From an uncultured Thermoplasmata archaeon (GTDB taxonomy: Archaea > Thermoplasmatota > Thermoplasmata > UBA10834), in contig CAZAUI010000007.1 of assembly GCA_964488505.1 (NCBI GenBank), forward strand, positions 725-64,724: 64,000 nt of DNA. The letters are read 5' to 3'. A program made the position numbers and the translations under genes. Of the stretch, positions 61,577 through 64,000 are shown piece after piece. How positions within the stretch are numbered: the first letter of the stretch is position 1; each line of letters opens with the position of its first letter. The notes beneath the pieces were generated by a model that did no database searches, had not been told where the DNA came from, and saw only the letters and a program-made list of their open reading frames with translations.

Positions 61577-62029
61577 ATGAGCACGCACGCGAAGAAGGAA
61601 CAGGCCCACGACGAGGAATCGCTCTACGACCCCACGATCGTTGCGTTCTGCTGCAACTGGTGCTCGTACGCGGGCGCGGACCTGGCTGGGACGACCAGGA
61701 TACAGTACCCTCCCAATGTGAGGATAGTCAGGGTCATGTGCTCCGGCAGGGTCGACCCGGCCTTCGTGCTGAAGGCGTTCGAGCTCGGGGCGGACGGGGT
61801 ACTCGTGGCGGGCTGCCACCCGGCGGACTGCCACTACATCAACGGCAACGAGAAGGCCGCCATGCGCGGCGACTTCCTGTCGTCGTTCCTCGAGGACGCG
61901 GGCATAGAGTCCCAGAGGTTCAGGATCGAATGGATTGCCGGCTCCGAAGGGCAGAAGTTCGCCCAGGTGGTCAAGGAGATGGTCTCCGAGCTCCAGAAGC
62001 TCGGCCCGATACACGCGGAGGTGGCCTGA
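61577..62029 (+). CDS. mvhD: MvhD-type [2Fe-2S] subunit (methyl-viologen-reducing hydrogenase delta / FlpD-like)
   Basis: IVAFCCNWCSYAGADLAG...VRIVRVMCSGRVDP...GADGVLVAGCHPADCHY is the MvhD signature. The start is taken at ATG 61577, within the longer track ORF 61241..62029. Confidence 0.9.
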   Translation: MSTHAKKEQAHDEESLYDPTIVAFCCNWCSYAGADLAGTTRIQYPPNVRIVRVMCSGRVDPAFVLKAFELGADGVLVAGCHPADCHYINGNEKAAMRGDFLSSFLEDAGIESQRFRIEWIAGSEGQKFAQVVKEMVSELQKLGPIHAEVA

Positions 62030-62030
62030 G

Positions 62031-64000
62031 ATGGCCGACCAGAGGACCGTCGGGGCAGTGATGGTGGTCGGAGGCGGACCGGCGGGCATACAGGCCGCGC
62101 TCGACCTCGCCGACTCGGGGTTCAAGGTCTACATACTCGAGGCGGGGCTCAGCATAGGCGGCACCATGGCCCAGCTGGACAAGACCTTCCCCACCAACGA
62201 CTGCGCCATGTGCATCGTGTCCCCGAAGCTCGTCGCGACGGGCAGGCACGAGAACATCACCATGCTGACGAACGCGGAGCTGAAGAAGGTCGACGGGAAG
62301 GCCGGCGACTTCAAGGTCACCCTCACCAGGCGCTCGAGGTACATCATCGAGGAGAAGTGCACCGGCTGCGGCGTGTGCGCGGAGCACTGCCCGGTCGAGG
62401 GCCTGAACTCGTTCGACAGGGACCTGGCGCCGGCGAAGGCGATATACGTGCCGTTCCCTCAGGCCGTCCCGCTGGTCTACACGATCGACCGCGGGCTGTG
62501 CATCGGCTGCGGGATATGCGAGAAGTTCTGCGAGGCCAAGGCGATCAGCTACTCCGAGAAGCCCGACAAGGAGGAGGTCATCGAGGTCGGGTCGATCATC
62601 CTCAGCCCGGGGTACGACGTGTACGAGGCCTCTAAGAAGGCGGAGTACGGCCACGGGGTCTACGCCAACGTGCTGACCAACATAGAGTTCGAGAGGATGC
62701 TGAGCGCGTCGGGGCCGACGGAGGGGCATGTGATACGCCCGTCCGACGGAGACGTGCCGAAGAAGATCGCGTTCGTCCAGTGCGTGGGCTCGAGGGACGC
62801 CCAGACGGGGAACACCTACTGCTCGTCCTACTGCTGCATGGCGTCGCTCAAGCAGGCGGTCATAGGCAAGGAGCACGTGCCCGGCCTGAGCACGACCATA
62901 TTCTTCATGGACACGCGCGCGTTCGGGAAGGAGTTCGAGGAGTACCTTATGCGCGCAGAGAACGAGTACGGCGTGCGCGTGCTCAGGAACAACAGGATAT
63001 CCAAGCTGCAGGAGGACCCGGCGACCGGGAACATCGTCCTCAGCTACCTCGAGGGCGCGGACATAGCGGAGGAGGCGTTCGACCTCGTGGTGCTCGCAGC
63101 CGGCGCGCGGCCCCCTGAAGGGGTCGGGCCGATCGCGAAGGCGCTCGGGGTCAACCTGAACAAGTTCGGCTTCTGCGAGACCGACGAGCTCTCACCCGTG
63201 GAGACCTCCGTGCCCGGCATATACGTCTGCGGGGCGTTCTCGGGGCCGAAGGACATCCCTGACTCCATCGCCCAGGCCAGCGGCGCGGCCGGGAAGGCCG
63301 CCGCTCTGCTGTCCGAAGGCAGGGGCACGCTCGTGACGAAGAAGGAGTACCCGGCAGAGAAGGAGGTCGCGGGCAAGGAGCCCAGGACAGGCGTGTTCGT
63401 CTGCCACTGCGGCATCAACATAGGCTCGGTCGTCGACGTTCCCAGGGTCATGGAGTACGCCAAGACGCTCCCGGGGGTCGTCGTCGCCGAGCAGAACCTG
63501 TACACCTGCTCCCAGGACACACAGAAGAAGATCAGGGAGACGATCGAGAAGCACGACCTGAACAGGGTCGTGGTCGCGAGCTGCACCCCGAGGACCCACG
63601 AGCCCCTGTTCCAGAACACCGTCAAGGAGGCGGGGCTGAACAAGTACCTGTTCGAGATGGCCAACATAAGGGACCAGTGCTCATGGGTGCACAGGCGTGA
63701 GCCCGAAGAGGCCACGGAGAAGGCCAAGGACCTCGTCAGGATGGCGGTGGCGAAGGCCGCGAAGCTCGAAGCACTCCCGCAGCCCAGGATACCGGTGACG
63801 CCGGCCGCCCTGGTGATCGGCGGCGGCCTGAGCGGCATGACCGCGGCCCTCGAGATCGCGAAGTCCGGGTTCGACGTCCACCTGGTCGAGAAGAGCACGC
63901 ACCTGGGAGGGCACCTGAGGCGCATACACAGGACGCTCATAGGCGTCGACCCGCAGGAGACCTTCAGGGGCCTGGAGAAGGAGATAACGGACAACCCCAG
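62031..64000 (+). CDS. Tandem HdrA-like protein: an N-domain-less HdrA FAD/ferredoxin module fused to a second, complete HdrA unit (3'-truncated by the window edge)
   Basis: Not in the ORF track (no stop before the window end); hand-translated frame 3. It reads MADQRTVGAVMVVGGGPAGIQAALDLADSGFKVYILE...DKTFPTNDCAMCIV...CTGCGVCAEHCP...CIGCGICEKFCE...YCSSYCCM...PGIYVCGAFSGPKDIPDSIAQA. A linker follows, then TGVFVCHCGINIGSVVD...IRDQCSWVH...ALVIGGGLSGMTAALEIAKSGFDVHLVE... Confidence 0.85.
   Translation, partial: MADQRTVGAVMVVGGGPAGIQAALDLADSGFKVYILEAGLSIGGTMAQLDKTFPTNDCAMCIVSPKLVATGRHENITMLTNAELKKVDGKAGDFKVTLTRRSRYIIEEKCTGCGVCAEHCPVEGLNSFDRDLAPAKAIYVPFPQAVPLVYTIDRGLCIGCGICEKFCEAKAISYSEKPDKEEVIEVGSIILSPGYDVYEASKKAEYGHGVYANVLTNIEFERMLSASGPTEGHVIRPSDGDVPKKIAFVQCVGSRDAQTGNTYCSSYCCMASLKQAVIGKEHVPGLSTTIFFMDTRAFGKEFEEYLMRAENEYGVRVLRNNRISKLQEDPATGNIVLSYLEGADIAEEAFDLVVLAAGARPPEGVGPIAKALGVNLNKFGFCETDELSPVETSVPGIYVCGAFSGPKDIPDSIAQASGAAGKAAALLSEGRGTLVTKKEYPAEKEVAGKEPRTGVFVCHCGINIGSVVDVPRVMEYAKTLPGVVVAEQNLYTCSQDTQKKIRETIEKHDLNRVVVASCTPRTHEPLFQNTVKEAGLNKYLFEMANIRDQCSWVHRREPEEATEKAKDLVRMAVAKAAKLEALPQPRIPVTPAALVIGGGLSGMTAALEIAKSGFDVHLVEKSTHLGGHLRRIHRTLIGVDPQETFRGLEKEITDNP

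Noticed and set aside
63044-63994. 316-aa ORF antisense to the terminal HdrA-like gene
   Set aside because: The plus-strand frame 3 encodes clear HdrA motifs across this span. The minus ORF is an S/A/P/R-rich artefact.
1-64000. CRISPR arrays, rRNA genes, IS elements, toxin-antitoxin pairs and recognisable defence systems
   Set aside because: Scanning by eye for regularly spaced direct repeats, transposase or integrase motifs and typical small paired ORFs found none. The only STAND NTPase has a DNA-binding (wHTH) effector and looks regulatory.

Overview
This is a gene-dense, high-GC archaeal chromosomal segment with no rRNA, CRISPR array, transposase or integrase visible. Archaeal identity rests on eL37/eL41 ribosomal proteins, an Sm protein, BHB-type tRNA introns and TATA-box promoters. 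The content looks like a methanogen-type Thermoplasmata/Methanomassiliicoccales-like organism (hdrACB-mvhD, an MttB-family methyltransferase, the hyp operon), but that taxonomic call is inference only.

Left to right the window holds:
- ferredoxin plus tungsten-type aldehyde:ferredoxin oxidoreductase
- a Roadblock/V4R pair, AMMECR1, pyrC, a YkgJ-like protein, Lrp and a coiled-coil hypothetical
- the Sm-rpl37e-purF block and tRNA-Ala
- an aminotransferase, a flavodoxin-like protein and a secreted S51 peptidase
- a five-gene operon joining three surface-anchored proteins to a complete ECF importer
- an APH-fold kinase, a Spo0M-like protein, an orphan non-Pyl MttB homologue, and MscS plus CBS
- an RPH/PpsA-like phosphotransferase with a coupled unknown gene
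- a wHTH-P-loop-TPR STAND protein and a surface-protein/regulator neighbourhood
- corA, a nitroreductase, an Fe/B12-type ABC importer, a second aminotransferase, a GT-C-like membrane protein and PAC2
- a tRNA-Arg / rpl41e / tRNA-Trp knot and a few small hypotheticals
- hypBFCAD and hdrA-hdrC-hdrB-mvhD, followed by an unusual tandem HdrA-like ORF that runs off the window

Four real genes are missing from the ORF track and were found by hand: the 5'-partial ferredoxin, rpl37e, rpl41e and the terminal HdrA-like ORF. Most long track ORFs that lie antisense to recognised genes are high-GC artefacts.

The best candidate for something undescribed is the 14.0-21.3 kb operon. An 831-aa five-repeat glycoprotein-like protein, a metallophosphoesterase and the ECF S-component itself all display the same Moco-less sulfite-oxidase/YedY-like extracytoplasmic domain.

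Other points worth a second look:
- a tRNA-Arg(UCU) with a second BHB intron in the T-loop
- purF and the Roadblock gene, which both lack any canonical start codon upstream of conserved N-terminal sequence
- the tandem HdrA fusion
- the orphan MttB homologue
- the RPH-like pair

All homology calls come from motif recognition by eye; no searches were run.
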